Of a stretch of DNA of 64,000 bases, positions 39,156 to 51,844 are shown one piece after another. The notes beneath the pieces are model-generated. The model was not told the origin of the DNA. It saw only the letters and a list, made by a program, of their open reading frames with translations, and did not search any database. The DNA is from Paraphysomonas bandaiensis. Lineage: Eukaryota > Protista > Chrysophyceae. The translations under genes were made by a program, and so were the position numbers. The DNA lies in the NCBI GenBank assembly GCA_965644295.1, contig CBFFRP010000247.1:62001-126000 (forward strand), in the 5' to 3' direction. Every line of letters begins with the position of its first letter. Within the stretch, counting starts at the first letter, position 1.

Positions 39156-40840
39156 TTAGTAAGGGTCGGCAGGATAAGGAATTTCATACTCGGCCTCATA
39201 TGCTATCCACTCACCCCTCTCATCCTTTCGCATTCCTTCTCCCCAGGCAAATCGCTGTTGGCGATAACGCGATGCATAATCAAAATCCCTGTGGCCGTGG
39301 TAATATTCTGGCGGGTAGCCATACAGCATGTGATGCGGATAATGCCGAGGAGCAGATCCCTGTGGGTAATACGGAGGAAGCTGCTGCTGAAAAGGAAAAC
39401 CCCCAGTTGGATAAATAGGAGGGGGTATACCCCGTAGGGCGATGGTCCACAGTCTGGTGGAAGGGGAAAAGGGACACCAAAAGAAGGGCCACTACTTCCA
39501 GCAGGGGGAACACCAATTGGGATAGGCCAACCTTGTGCTGGAACACCTGGAGGAGCTGGTAGAGCAGGGGGCGGTGGTGGTGGCGGGTGTGGTCCTATTC
39601 GAACCGACGAGAATATGATATTTTCACGGGCTGCAGGTATTGGCTTATTACCCCCCTTGAGGTCACTATATTTTGGGAAGCCTTGACCCATCCAATCCAA
39701 CTTGAGAACCCATGTATCGAGTGTCGGGTCATACTCCAACGGGTCTTCAGCTGCACGTTCTTCACCTTCTAGGGTACTAAAGTATTCACATAAGTATGTT
39801 CTTAACTGCGAGTAGCTCTTTACTTTCTTGCCCTCGGGAAGCTCGAGTAGATCTTTCAATTTGCTATCAGAAATCAAATCTTTCTTGCTCCAAGCTTTGG
39901 CACGACATCGCTCGATATGCAAGCGATTCCTTTGTGCTTCCAAATGACTCGATGTGTCCGCCGCATCATGTTCACTGGCGGTTGAAAGCTTAAGACCTGA
40001 TTGACCACCGTGACCAAATCCTCTCTGCTTACGGATACCACTTTGCATACTTTTTGGAGGATTAAGCTCGAAGAGTCTTTGACCCTCTTCACTGCACTCG
40101 GTCATGGCTTCTTTCATTGCCGGTGACCAGTACGTGTTCATATCATTTCCTGGACGATGATTCAGGCCAACTTTGAAATATTTTGAGTGCATGTATTTAC
40201 AGAGGGGAAGATCATTCTGTTTATGTTTAACAAGCGCAAGGGAAGAATCAACAAAGCTGAGCTGTCTCTGTAGTATCACATCGTCTGGGCAATTTTGGAA
40301 CGGGACACCAGCAATCACCACATAGTGGGAAGCGTTTTCCCGACAACACTTCCTATCGTGATCTGTCTGGCGTCTAGTGGGAAGTAACGGTATGTCCAAT
40401 TCTCCATCGGGAGGGATCATGTGGAAATTACCAATGATACCAGAACTTGTTGCAGTTCGAACAGTAATACCTCTGCTGAAGTCTATCCTGAGTTGGTCGT
40501 TGAAGTCTGATAGTGGTGGCAATAACTTTTGATTATACGCTTGCCTCGCTACGCCCTCAACGAGTGCATGCAAGAATGCATGACCTTTGACACGCCAGAT
40601 ATTACTATCGTCTTCAAAAAGATTACCTCCTGGAATCTAAAAAAAATGTTATATTAAAACATCTTTAGCAGTAATTGCAGTAATTCTCACCCAAATCGTT
40701 AATTGGTCTGTCGAAGAAGTTAACTCGGACCGATTTACAGAGAATGCCTGTGCTTCCTCTCGAAATTTAGTCAAAGCGACAATTTTTACTCGCACCCACA
40801 GACCTTCTTCTATTTCAGAGTTTTGGCTGTCTGATGACAT
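39156..40840 (-). CDS. Transposon-borne accessory protein of unknown function (~540 aa) with a Pro/Tyr/Gln-rich tail
   Basis: ATG at the inner edge of the right TIR; 150-nt exon 1; 54-nt GT-AG intron (40637-40690) splices in frame into ORF 39203-40573. A 1-nt indel in the G5 run at 39421-39425 would continue the low-complexity tail to a stop at 39156. Confidence 0.7.
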
Positions 40841-41197
40841 GCTGCGAATGACAAACATGTGAGAGAAGGTTGCTTCAACACATTGTAGAAGAAATCACCT
40901 TGATTTGCAGTGCTTATCATGGTAATTGTGGGTTTATGGTACTGTTTAATGTAGGTGAGCAAGTTTTGTAATCGCGATCAAAGAAGATTGAAGAAGAGAG
41001 AAAAAAAAGTTTTTTTCACACCCGCTCTCCCTCACAATACCGTATATATGAAAGTCTCGTTGAACAATATGTACATCGTATCGTAACCAACTGGTGGACG
41101 ACTCTCCTGCAGACCAGAATATGAAGCCCAACCTGCTCGACAAAAATTTCAGCGAATGTTATAGAAACGAAAATACACTGTACAGAGTACTGTAGTC

Positions 41198-41286
41198 ATG
41201 TATGTATGCATGTATGTATGTATGTATGTATGTATGTATGTATGTATGTATGTATGTATGTATGTATGTATGTATGTATGTATGTA
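41198..41286. repeat. (GTAT)n microsatellite
   Basis: Array ending ~80 bp upstream of the ATG at 41367. Confidence 0.95.
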
Positions 41287-41366
41287 CAGTTACATGCAGT
41301 TGACTGTGTGAATGTGTCCACAGTATTGCAGTTTGGAGTATCTCTACTTAGTTTCTATATCTGACG

Positions 41367-44300
41367 ATGATACGTCGATCCAAGATAAAGAGGAAGACCG
41401 CCGCTCCTCCCCCTTCTTCTTCAGTCAAGAAGGCGGTTGCAAAGCCGGTTGTTATTCCTGAGTTTCATTATATCAAAACTTGTACTCATAATTTAGGTAT
41501 ACATACATATACATATACATGTATAGGATAATATATATACACAGAGATAGATAAAGATACTGGTAAAGGCACAGCTAAAGAAAGAGGATTACTATGTCCA
41601 ATGTGTAAGTTGATAGAGAGAGAGACGGCCTCATGGGTTCAAGATGAAAGAGATCGCAATGAAAGGATTCGTATGCAGAGTTTCTATCGACGAGCAGAGA
41701 TGCGATACTGTCTATTAAGAGAATGGTCAAAGAATCAACTTTCTGGATATGGACGTATCTTGGAGGGGCACCACGCTGAGATCGTGTTATGTTCAGGTAT
41801 AGTGGAGGCCCTCGCTAATAGTGCTAATCTAGAGCACGACCTCATGGATCTCGAGAAAAATTTGAACAAACGTAATAGAATATTAGAAGTAGGGGACTAC
41901 GCAGCGACTTATATACAATGTCGTGTTCGTGGAATGTGTACTCGTCTTCGTGTTCGTGATTTCATGTTACGAAGATTCGAATACAGCCATGAAACCAATC
42001 GACGAGCTGCATACTTTATTGATAAAGCGAACGGCTCAAAATGGCACGAACCCCCCAAAATCATTGGTCAGTTTCCTCCGACTACACCAAGGACAATACA
42101 GCGTCGATTGAGGTACCAAGAGGGCTTGCGTGTGCAACGACTAAATAAATTTATGAGAATAATGAATGCCAATGAAAATAATGTACGTACACTATGGGAA
42201 ATTCTGGAACAAAATATGGTCTATATGAGGCAAATGGTACTTCTTAGAGATGTCCTGCATAGTTCAATGGAAGCGCTTGCTTTGAGACGACGACAGGCTG
42301 GGGAACACCCTACCGTGAAACTTATCCCTTCTTCGAGCACCTCTGAGAATGAAGTGTCGGTCGGAAAAAACACTCGTCGTCGTCGAGCTACCCGCAATGA
42401 ACCTCCACCTGATATGACCGAGCAATCTGGATTTCCATTTTGGTTTACCGTTTCGAACCCTGCCCCATCTGCGAGGCAGATATATATGTCTTTGGTGTTG
42501 GAGACTGAGCCTCTGCCATCAGAACTTGTCATCAGTATGACTGATGAAGAGAAGGCTGCAGCAGAAGAAACGAAAGTGATGGCCACATTTGTGAATTCAG
42601 ATAAGCCAGATGAAATTAAGGTACTGTTGTTTAGAATTAATGGTTTACATGGTAATGCGCAACACTAATATTCGAATAAATGCGTTGCTACTTTTTTCCC
42701 AATTCTACACTTCTCATCTCAGGAAGATCAACCAATAGGATATTATATAATGCCTATACGCAGGAAGAGTCGACTAAAGAAGAGGAACCGCTGACGGTGA
42801 ATCGTCGCTTTCAGATATTAGACCAGCGCGTATGGGAAATGATGATGTGCTTTACGGCTGACGAAATGGTGCGTTTTGTATCTCTGTATAAAAGGCGGTA
42901 ATTTTGCCATATTGTATTTTATCAGCTTAATGTTTATACGTGCGGATATATTCTGTAGTATGTGATCTCATTATTTGTGACAGATTCAGAAATTAGCTAA
43001 GGCTGAAGAAATTGGTCCAGCATTATCAAGCTGTGCCCAAATAGCTGAGGACACCCACGGAATATGGCATGCTAACCCCTCCGATGACGAGGACAGTGAT
43101 AATGATTCTCAAGCTGTAGTGGAGAACCCGCCTGAATCCCCCAAGCGTGAGCTAATTCGTATGCAGACGCACGCAACTCTTTCTCCTGTTGTCAAGACCG
43201 TAGCAAAGAATGAATTTGATGGCATTGAGGAGGGCGATGTGAGGGAGGAAGGTGAAGCTAGTATCTACACTTTTGAAGATTCTCCACTGAAACGATTGCA
43301 CACGACAAATGACATTGAAGCTGCACAAAAGGAAGCAGATGAAAGAGAAGCTGAGCGGAAGTTACAGAAAACAGGAAAAAGAAGAAAAAAGTATAAAGAC
43401 GAGAGTCTCTATATACCTATTCAACTACAAATTCACCCATACTACAGTAAGCGTAGCCCGGTGGGTATGTTTCGCTTGTTTTTTATCGATGGAATACTTC
43501 TGGCTGCTTGTCATGCATCGCATTGGACCCATTACTCAGAGGTATGCTTGAATGAGTTTTGCTTGCTAAAATTGTTAGTCAAGCGTTTGTACTGATAACA
43601 TTTTTCATGTGTTGTATAGGTGTGGAAATGGCGCAATAATGTAGCTAAATGTTTCTTGGAGTTTTCTCAGACTGAAAAAATAAAGTCTATGGTACAAAAC
43701 TTGATAGAAAAGGCAAATGAAACTCGAGATGGTAGAGGTGCTGATTGGGGCTTGGTTAAACCGGCATTCACAACTGACACACTATCACAACCTAAAACTC
43801 CGAGTCGTGGCAGGTTCGTGTATGGCTTATTCATTTGATGTTCGATATCTAAAGTATGCCGCAGTGGCAGTTGTTTGTCGGTTGCTCTTCCGGATGAAAA
43901 GAAAATATTTGGTACGAGCCCCATGATAGGCCCCTCCCCGCTAACCTCTGAAGAGTATAAACGCGTAGATCAGAAATACAGGTGCTATATTAATGATATG
44001 ATACTGTGTCGCGTAGTGTTTGGATTCTGCTATAGCAGTATTGTTTAGGTTTTGAAGCAAATGCTGTAATGACATATGAACATAACGTCGCATGTCGCAA
44101 GGTTTCTTCGCAAAATGAAAGTCTGGAAAGATTACAAGAGGAAGACGCTTTCGAGATTTCGACCGTCAAATGACGATTCAGGTGTGCACTGAATTGCCGT
44201 TATTGTCGTAGTTTTCATTTATTAATCACAGACGAAGAAGACTATGGTACGAGTGTAATAGCTAATAATCCAGCTCCGGGCGTGATCAATCAAATTCCGC

Positions 44301-45597
44301 CTGCTGAACAACTGCTTGGCACGAAGCCATACCAACTGTCGTGCCAATCTGTTCCACAAGCAAGCCTACTTCCGAGAACCCGTGATGTTAATTCAAAATT
44401 CAGTGGCTCCAGTGCATATCGAACGTTGTTGAGGAGAGCTATGAACGACATAGATACTGATATGAAGGATAAATTTAGCTTTCCGGATGGTGTGTGCAAA
44501 TGTAGCATCAGTTTGCACTATTACACTGCGTCTGTGTTATTAGCATGTATTGACTGTACGCTAACTGGGGACTTTTGTATCATTGTAGTAGCACGATAGC
44601 CGTAATTGATGTATATATATATATAGGAAATAGTTTCACACAAGACATGGAGTCCAAAATCACTCCACATCCTAATTTCAACCTCGTTGTATTGGATGTT
44701 CACGTTGAGCTCCCTCCAATGGATTATATTCCTCCGCAGAAACTGGCCGAAGAGAAGAAGAAGCGCCACAGTTCGAAGTTAGGATCATCAGATCGTCGCA
44801 AAAGTTCAAAGTCTCAACAAGAAACGCCGCCTGAACAAAAGCCTTTTCACTTTGTTGCTGAGATTCAACAGGTGGTGATTACCTTTTAATTGTTTGGTAG
44901 TGAGCTGAATATATGTTGTGGTTATTTGACAACATGCTTTGTGTATGTACTATGTACGAATTTGATTTTGCTGTGTTTTTAGAGGAAGTCGTTGTGTTGT
45001 ATTTAGATGATAGTATGCGGTTGTAGGTTGTTGGTGTGTATCCCAGCAATGGCGAACGACCTCCTGCAGCAATCGACCTCGGAATGTTTGCATGGTCGAA
45101 TATTACGGGAATGGCCAGCAAATCTGCGGCAATTCGTGATTCCCTTGCAAAGTTAGTCTTTGCACAGTCTACAGATGAAAATGATTCAGGCGACGAAAAG
45201 GCAGATACAGTTAAAAGCAAGCCGGTCACCAGTGAAGATGCTATGACTGCAATGATTTTAGGGAAAAATGAGGAAGAAGAGACAGTACATTGGTCGGCAG
45301 TATCTCATGAAGCCGGTATGCTGTGCTTTATTGCAATTGATATATCTGTATGAATTGTCTTTCTACTATTGCGTGCGATATTGAGGTGCTAGTGCAAATG
45401 TGTCGTGCTTATTTTAGGCGCTTGGATATTTTTTGACTGGTGGTATGTTTGATCTTGTAGGAATATATAAGGCAACGTTTCCAGCCCCAATGAAAAATGA
45501 ATTTCAGTTGCGAGTACTCGGTAAAGCACCATCTAGGGACTTCGTTGACCGAGAGGTCCCAAGGAAAGTGAGAGCGTGGTTAGGATTGAAGTATTGA
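41367..45597 (+). CDS. Multi-exon protein with IQ motif, WW-like segment and possibly a degenerate Cdc123/R2K-type ATP-grasp C-terminus
   Basis: IQ motif AATYIQCRVRG...R; YFIDKANGSKWHEPP; later exons FRLFFIDGILLAA, VVLDVHV, VAEIQQ, LGMFAW, EFQLRVL; many short GT-AG introns. Boundaries approximate. Confidence 0.55.
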
Positions 45598-46457
45598 CGC
45601 TGTATATTCCAGATTAGTTAGGATTTGAAAATATTTTACATGTTTTTTGCTACCTTTTCACGGCCGACCGAATTGCGTAATACTTTTAATTACCAATCGA
45701 AGGAAGTTTCTGCATCTATTCATACAGCGCGTGGATAGTTAAAAGGTTTTATTTTATTTTGGTAATACAATTTTATTATTCTATACACTACTTGTGAGAG
45801 CATGTCGTATGAATGTAAAAAGTATTGATTGAATTGTTCAATAAATATTACTGCAGCGAGACACAATCCATCAAGGAACACCGCCGTGTTTCTTAGTAAT
45901 TTTCGTAAATCCTAGCGTGTACGTATCAACTGAGATGCTGTATACATAGAAAGAGAACGGTGTATGACTTGTATGCAATTTACACATGGAGCATGGAGAG
46001 CATGATACCGTGTGATACGTGTTGCATGTAGCTGAAGTATAAATTTTATATCTGACAGTTGGATAGCTGGATAGGAGCTCCTCATAAACGTAGACAGCGT
46101 TATAGCAAGAGTAATATAGCCTAAACAATCATTGGTAGTTATTGGTGTATACAGTGTTGAAAAGTGTAGTATAGCTAGCTAGGTGTGGGTCGAGAGTGGA
46201 GTTGTAGTAGAAGCAATGCCGACAAAAGCTAGGATACGTGACGTGTCCACTGAATATAGTCGTATGTAGTCTGTGTATTCAGTGCAGATATCTTAATAAA
46301 ATGTGCATAGTCTGAAAAATAATTTAACACATGGCCACATTCGAAGTGACATTTCGTTGGAGAAGTGGGAATCATGGGGTACTTTATAAAGATATTGTAT
46401 TTCTTAAGCATCACTATTTTCTATTTCATAACATTAACAGAGCCAAAAAGTATCTCA

Positions 46458-46999
46458 TCATATAACGTATTTATAAGCAACTAAACTATCGGACGATCTG
46501 AAAGTTTCCTGTGGTATCCATCCCTTTACCTGAAACTAATAATAGAAATCATTATACACATAATGTCACTTAAATAAACAAACTTACTCCTATTGATACC
46601 ACAACAGTTCCTGGACAACACTCTGATATAAGCTTATCTTTCATCTTGATGTGTCCCACTCTTGACAGATACACGATCACGACTGTGAAATATCGTAAAT
46701 TACATACAGAAAAGTCCGCCAATATAAGATGAAGATATGTCTGTATATTCCCCTATATGGCTGTTAGTATAGAGGGGCTTAGAGGACAAGAGGGACCTGT
46801 TTAATGCGGTGTGTAGCGGTAGATATCCTCTCAGTGTCCATATCCACACCCCAGCAGTGACATGAGAACCTATCGGCTATATGATACAACCATCGACCAT
46901 CTCCACATCCAAGATCAATTACTGTATCAGATGTAGAGAGATGAAGACTATCAAGGACACTGTATGGTATATATATGTATATGTGAGTTGATGTGTTGC

Positions 47000-47031
<32 letters not shown>

Positions 47032-47338
47032 TGTATGTATGTATGTACGTATGTGTGTATGTATGTATGTATGTATGTATGTATGTATGTATGTATGTAT
47101 GTATGTATGTATGTATGTATGTATGTATGTATGTATGTATGTATGTATGTATGTATGTATGTATGTATGTATGTATGTATATGCATGTGTATGCATGTGT
47201 ATGCATGTGTATGTATACTTACAGGGATATTAAGTCACTTGGAGTGGGAGAGATGGGAGCCACACGACCACACTCCCATTTATTCCTCTCATCTTCGGCG
47301 TACTTTAGAAGACTTTGTAGAAATATTGACTTCTTCAT
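46458..47338 (-). CDS. Class I SAM-dependent methyltransferase, FAM173/ATPSCKMT-like; 4 exons
   Basis: Exon 1 ...VAPISPTP; exon 2 VIDLGCGDGRW...GVDMD; exon 3 ADF...VVIVYLS...PGTVVVSIG; exon 4 FQVKGW.P. Intron 1 contains an (ATAC)n tract. Confidence 0.75.
47002..47181. repeat. (GTAT)n microsatellite in intron 1 of the methyltransferase gene
   Basis: Tetramer array followed by three ATGCATGTGT-like units. Confidence 0.97.
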
Positions 47339-47379
47339 ACCTATCGAAGTGATATATATGAGTGAGATACGAGCATGTG

Positions 47380-47805
47380 TGTATGTATGTATGTATGTAT
47401 GTATGTATGTATGTATGTATGTATGTATGTATGTATGTATGTATGTATGTATGTATGTATGTATGTATGTATGTATGTATGTATGTATGTATGTATGTAT
47501 GTATGTATGTATGTATGTATGTATGTATGTATGTATGTATGTATGTATGTATGTATGTATGTATGTATGTATGTATGTATGTATGTATGTATGTATGTAT
47601 GTATGTATGTATGTATGTATGTATGTATGTATGTATGTATGTATGTATGTATGTATGTATGTATGTATGTACGTATGTATGTATGTATGTATGTATGTAT
47701 GTATGTATGTATGTATGTATGTATGTATGTATGTATGTATGTATGTATGTATGTATGTATGTATGTATGTATGTATGTATGTATGTATGTATGTATGTAT
47801 GTATG
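47380..47805. repeat. (GTAT)n microsatellite in the divergent promoter between the methyltransferase and COPG
   Basis: About 105 units. Confidence 0.99.
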
Positions 47806-48007
47806 CAGGTAGGTATGCGGAGCAGTACTGTGGTGTGTGTGTGTATGTATGTACAGTATGTGGGGGGGTGTAGTGTGTGTTGTAATTATGTGTTTGTGTA
47901 TGGTGTTAGTTCATATCATAACACTCCATTGTATGGCCTTCACCAATAAAGGCTCAAGACATTCCCACTCCACCCCTATATCCCACATGATTGACGACGG
48001 GGACAGC

Positions 48008-50894
48008 ATGCAGAAGCCCCTAGCGGCAACTCTCATTCAAGAGTTTCAGAACTTGAAAGATAAGTTTAAAGAGGACGATGAGTATGATCGAGGTGCACTA
48101 TATATCCCCCATATTACCTTATTATAACACCTTTATATCCTTTAGATGCCCCTTATATGCATCTTGAGAAAGCTACTGTACTTCAAGAGTGTCGAGTGTT
48201 TCATGATGCCTCTGTTGTTACACAGAACCCACGCAGATGTTGTCTCCTCATCACTAAACTGTTGTTTCTTCTCGTAAAAGGAGATACTTTCTCATCGTCT
48301 GAAATTACTGAGGTGTTTTTTGGGGTCACGAAGCTTTTTCAATCTTCTGATGTAAATCTTCGTCGCATGATGTATCTGTTCATCAAAGAAGTCGCGCAGA
48401 CATGCAATCCGGATGACGTTATAATTGTCACCAGCTCTCTGACTAAAGATATGAACACAGGCGAAGACCTATACCGCGCTAATTCTATGAGAGTATTGGC
48501 TAAGATCATTGACGCTGCAATGTTGGGCGCGATAGAGCGATACCTTAAGCAGGCTATAGTTGACAGAAACGCTTTTGTTGCGTCATCCGCGTTGATGGCT
48601 GGGCTACAGCTCTTCCGCACCTGTCCGGATGTGGTTCGGCGCTGGATAAATGAAGTTCAAGAGGCAGTCACCTCTGTGAATGACATGGTACAGTACCATG
48701 CCCTTTCTCTGCTGTACAATATCAAGCAGCACGACCGCCTGGCTGTGTCCAAGACGGTGCAACAGCTTTCCAAGGGATCTCTTCGCTCACCCTTGGCGAC
48801 GTGTTTGCTGATTCGATACACCAGTGGTCTTCTTCGAGAAGATATGAGTTCCACGAATGCGCGTAGTTCTTACCAGTTCCTCGAGAACTGTTTGAGACAC
48901 AAAAGCGACATGGTCATTTACGAAGCTGCCAAAGCGATATGTAATCTACCTGGTGTAGAGGCCTCTGACCTGAACCCAGCTATTACAGTGCTGCAACTTT
49001 TTCTTTCATCTTCTAAGTCCTCTCTACGATTTGCGGCCATACGCACCCTTAGTGAGGTGGCGACTCGTCACCCGTCTAGTTTGGCGAAGTGTAATGATGA
49101 TATGGAGGGCCTGGTGGGCGACTCCAACCGGTCTATCGCCACGCTGGCCATTACCACTCTTCTCAAGACAGGCAGCGAGTCTAGCATTGAGCGATTGATG
49201 AAACAAATTTCCTCATTCATGACAGAAATTGGGGATGAATTCAAAGTGGTTGTTGTGCAGGCTGTGCGTGAACTGTGTATCAAGTACCCAGCGAAAAACA
49301 GAGTTCTTGTGGGATTCCTTGCTACTTTCCTAAGAGAGGAGGGAGGCTTTGATTTCAAGAAGAGTATCGTGGACAGTATCCTGGACTTGATGCAGTCTAT
49401 TCCAGAGACAAAGGAAACTTCGCTTCTTCATTTATGTGAATTCATTGAGGATTGTGAATTCGGTGAACTGATAGTTCAAGTCATGCATGTTCTCGGCCGA
49501 GTAGGCCCGACTACCAATGCACCATCCCGCTATATCCGATTTATTTTCAACCGCGTGATATTGGAGAATGCCGCTGTGCGTGCAGCAGCAGTGAGCACTC
49601 TCGGTTCGTTTGCTACTCGCCTTCCTGAGTTACGTCCCTCCATCATCATTCTCTTGAAGCGATCGCTCAGTGATGACGATGATGAGGTGCGTGATCGTGC
49701 CGCGGTTCTGCTCAAGACATTCGAAGGCCGCGAAGGTGGTGATGATTCGGAGGAGAAAACAGCTAAGGAAAGCAACGCACTGCATTTTCTGTTGGAAGAG
49801 CCTTTACCTATGTCTTTCGCTGCTCTTGATCGTTCCGTTAGAGCATACATGTCCCACCCCTCTGCTGCCACAGATTCTCGACCAGTTTCCCTTTCGTTGC
49901 TGCCCATTATAGAGGACCCTTATTCTCAGACTTCTACTACCAAGGCTAGCACCTCAGGTAGGTCTATTGGTAGTGCAGTGGCAGCCAACAAGTCTGGTGG
50001 TGCAACGCAAGGGGAGACTGAAGTTAGTGCTGATCCTGCGAGTGCCCTTTACAAAATCCCTGAGCTGGCTCATCTCGGCAGAGCCTTCCGTTCCACTAAA
50101 GAGACAGCTCTTACTGAGTCTGAGATGGAGTATGTTGTCTCCTGTGTGAAACACATATTCGATACGCATGTTGTACTGCAGTTTAACGTTGTAAACACCA
50201 TTGATGACCAGCGCCTTCTTGACGTTGGAGTGGCTGTGGACCTTTCTGATGAAGAGTCCTATAGTTTGGAGAGTGAGGTGCGTGCTCCTGTGGCGAAGTA
50301 TGGGGATACTGCCCATTGTTACGTGTGTATTGCCCGAGCGGAGGACACAGACCCTGGGGCGTCTTGTACCGTTTCGTGCGAGCTTCGTTTCCGTGTTGTG
50401 CAGGTTGATCCGACAACAGGCGAGGTGGAGGGAGATGAAGATGGCTACGAAGAGGAGTATGCCCTTGAGGCGGTTGATATCAACACCAATGACTTTATGG
50501 CCAAGGTTTCCTTTCCAGACTTCCGTCGATCATGGTATTACATCAGTCTATTTTTATGTGTTTTTTCGTAATCAGTTCTTGTAGGGAGCAGATCGGTAAT
50601 GATGGTGAAGTACTAGAGAAGTTTGCTCTTCAGATCAAAAAGCTCCCGGAAGCGGTGGTGGCAGTTGTGGACTTTCTGGGCATGCAGCCCTGTGATGGTA
50701 CCGGATCTGTGTCCGACTCGTCTTTGAAGAGCAAGTCTCATACGCTGCATCTCACTGGCATGTTTTTGGGTAATGTCTCTGTACTGGTTCGTGCTCAACT
50801 GCAGCTCGATGACACTGCAGGTGTCGTACTCAAGATGGCAGTTAGGTCGGATAAAAAGGAAGTGAGTCAAATGGTGGCAGAATGCATTCGTTAA
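48008..50894 (+). CDS. COPG: Coatomer subunit gamma (3 exons)
   Basis: LEKATVLQECRVF, VIIVTSSLTKDM, EGGFDFKKSIV, LCEFIEDCEF, DDDDEVRDRA, LTESEMEYVVSCVKH; C-terminal appendage FLGMQPCDGT; introns at about 48093-48145 and 50535-50584. Confidence 0.96.
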
Positions 50895-51568
50895 GCTTTG
50901 AGAGTGTACGTTGTGAAGGAAGCTTCGCTGTAGGGATGGGTTGTGTACATTAGAATGAATAAGCCAGTTTGATCGTAATTATAAAGTAGTACATCCTGAA
51001 AAAGTCTGATAGTTCTAATATACATAGCCGTCTACAACATGATATGCTTCACTAGTTCGTAGTCTACCTGCTTGTAGTACTAATACATGTTCGTGTGAAA
51101 GAAAACAAACTGATTTTATGTCCGTAAATATCAATATTCTACATATAAGCAACGCGCTGGTCTAAATACGAAATCTGAATGGTAATGAAAATAGAAATGA
51201 TAATGTAGCTTTATTCAAGTTCGTGGGATTCGATTACCGTGGTATTATTTTAATGCCTAGTATATGTCTGTTAGCAATACAATCACACTTCAAAAGTTGA
51301 CGGCAGCTAAATTTTATATACTGTGATTTTAGATGCGCTTAAATAGGTCGGCATCACTAATGTGCTAATGTGATACTGATACTGCTAATCGCGACGAGTA
51401 AGCTGAAGTGTTTTAGAGCTGCCACGTAATAAAGAGCTTATCACAAACATGACGCTAATTGAGTGAATACAGATACTGATATTAAGTTATCACGACTTGC
51501 AGTGAACAGTGCACTCATTCATAATTGCAATTGGTATCAAAAACAAACAAATCAAATACTGTAACACA

Positions 51569-51844
51569 TTAAATTTCATCATCACTAGTGGGTATCTTTG
51601 AATTCTTTTTATATTTCTTACATAACGGTACAGTGCCATCATCTCTGCGTGTGACAACGACGACATGAAACATTTCATCATTGATTGGAGGGGGGCTTAA
51701 GTCCACACCCATGCAATGGCCCAGCTTGATAAGCAAGCCGTTCGTATACATGTATCGTAAGCCGATAACGATGAGTGTTAAGATGAGGAATATACCGAAT
51801 CCAAGTGCGGTATATTCCTCTTGTTTGACAGTTGGTTGAGTCAT
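51569..51844 (-). CDS. Small single-pass membrane protein, function unknown
   Basis: ATG-initiated 91-aa ORF with one TM (LGFGIFLILTLIVIGL) and a short GTAT tract upstream. Confidence 0.45.
   Translation of the reverse strand: MTQPTVKQEEYTALGFGIFLILTLIVIGLRYMYTNGLLIKLGHCMGVDLSPPPINDEMFHVVVVTRRDDGTVPLCKKYKKNSKIPTSDDEI

Larger units (their letters stand above)
37562..41037. mobile_element. IS630/Tc1-mariner superfamily DNA transposon, 3476 bp, with two convergent genes
   Basis: 198-bp apparently perfect TIRs (37562-37759, 40840-41037); TA at 37560-37561 and 41038-41039; DD34E transposase plus a second gene. Confidence 0.95.

Noticed and set aside
39203-40573. Fanzor/TnpB interpretation of the transposon's second ORF
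   Set aside because: No RuvC-I/II/III motifs or zinc finger, and no obvious guide-RNA region at the element end
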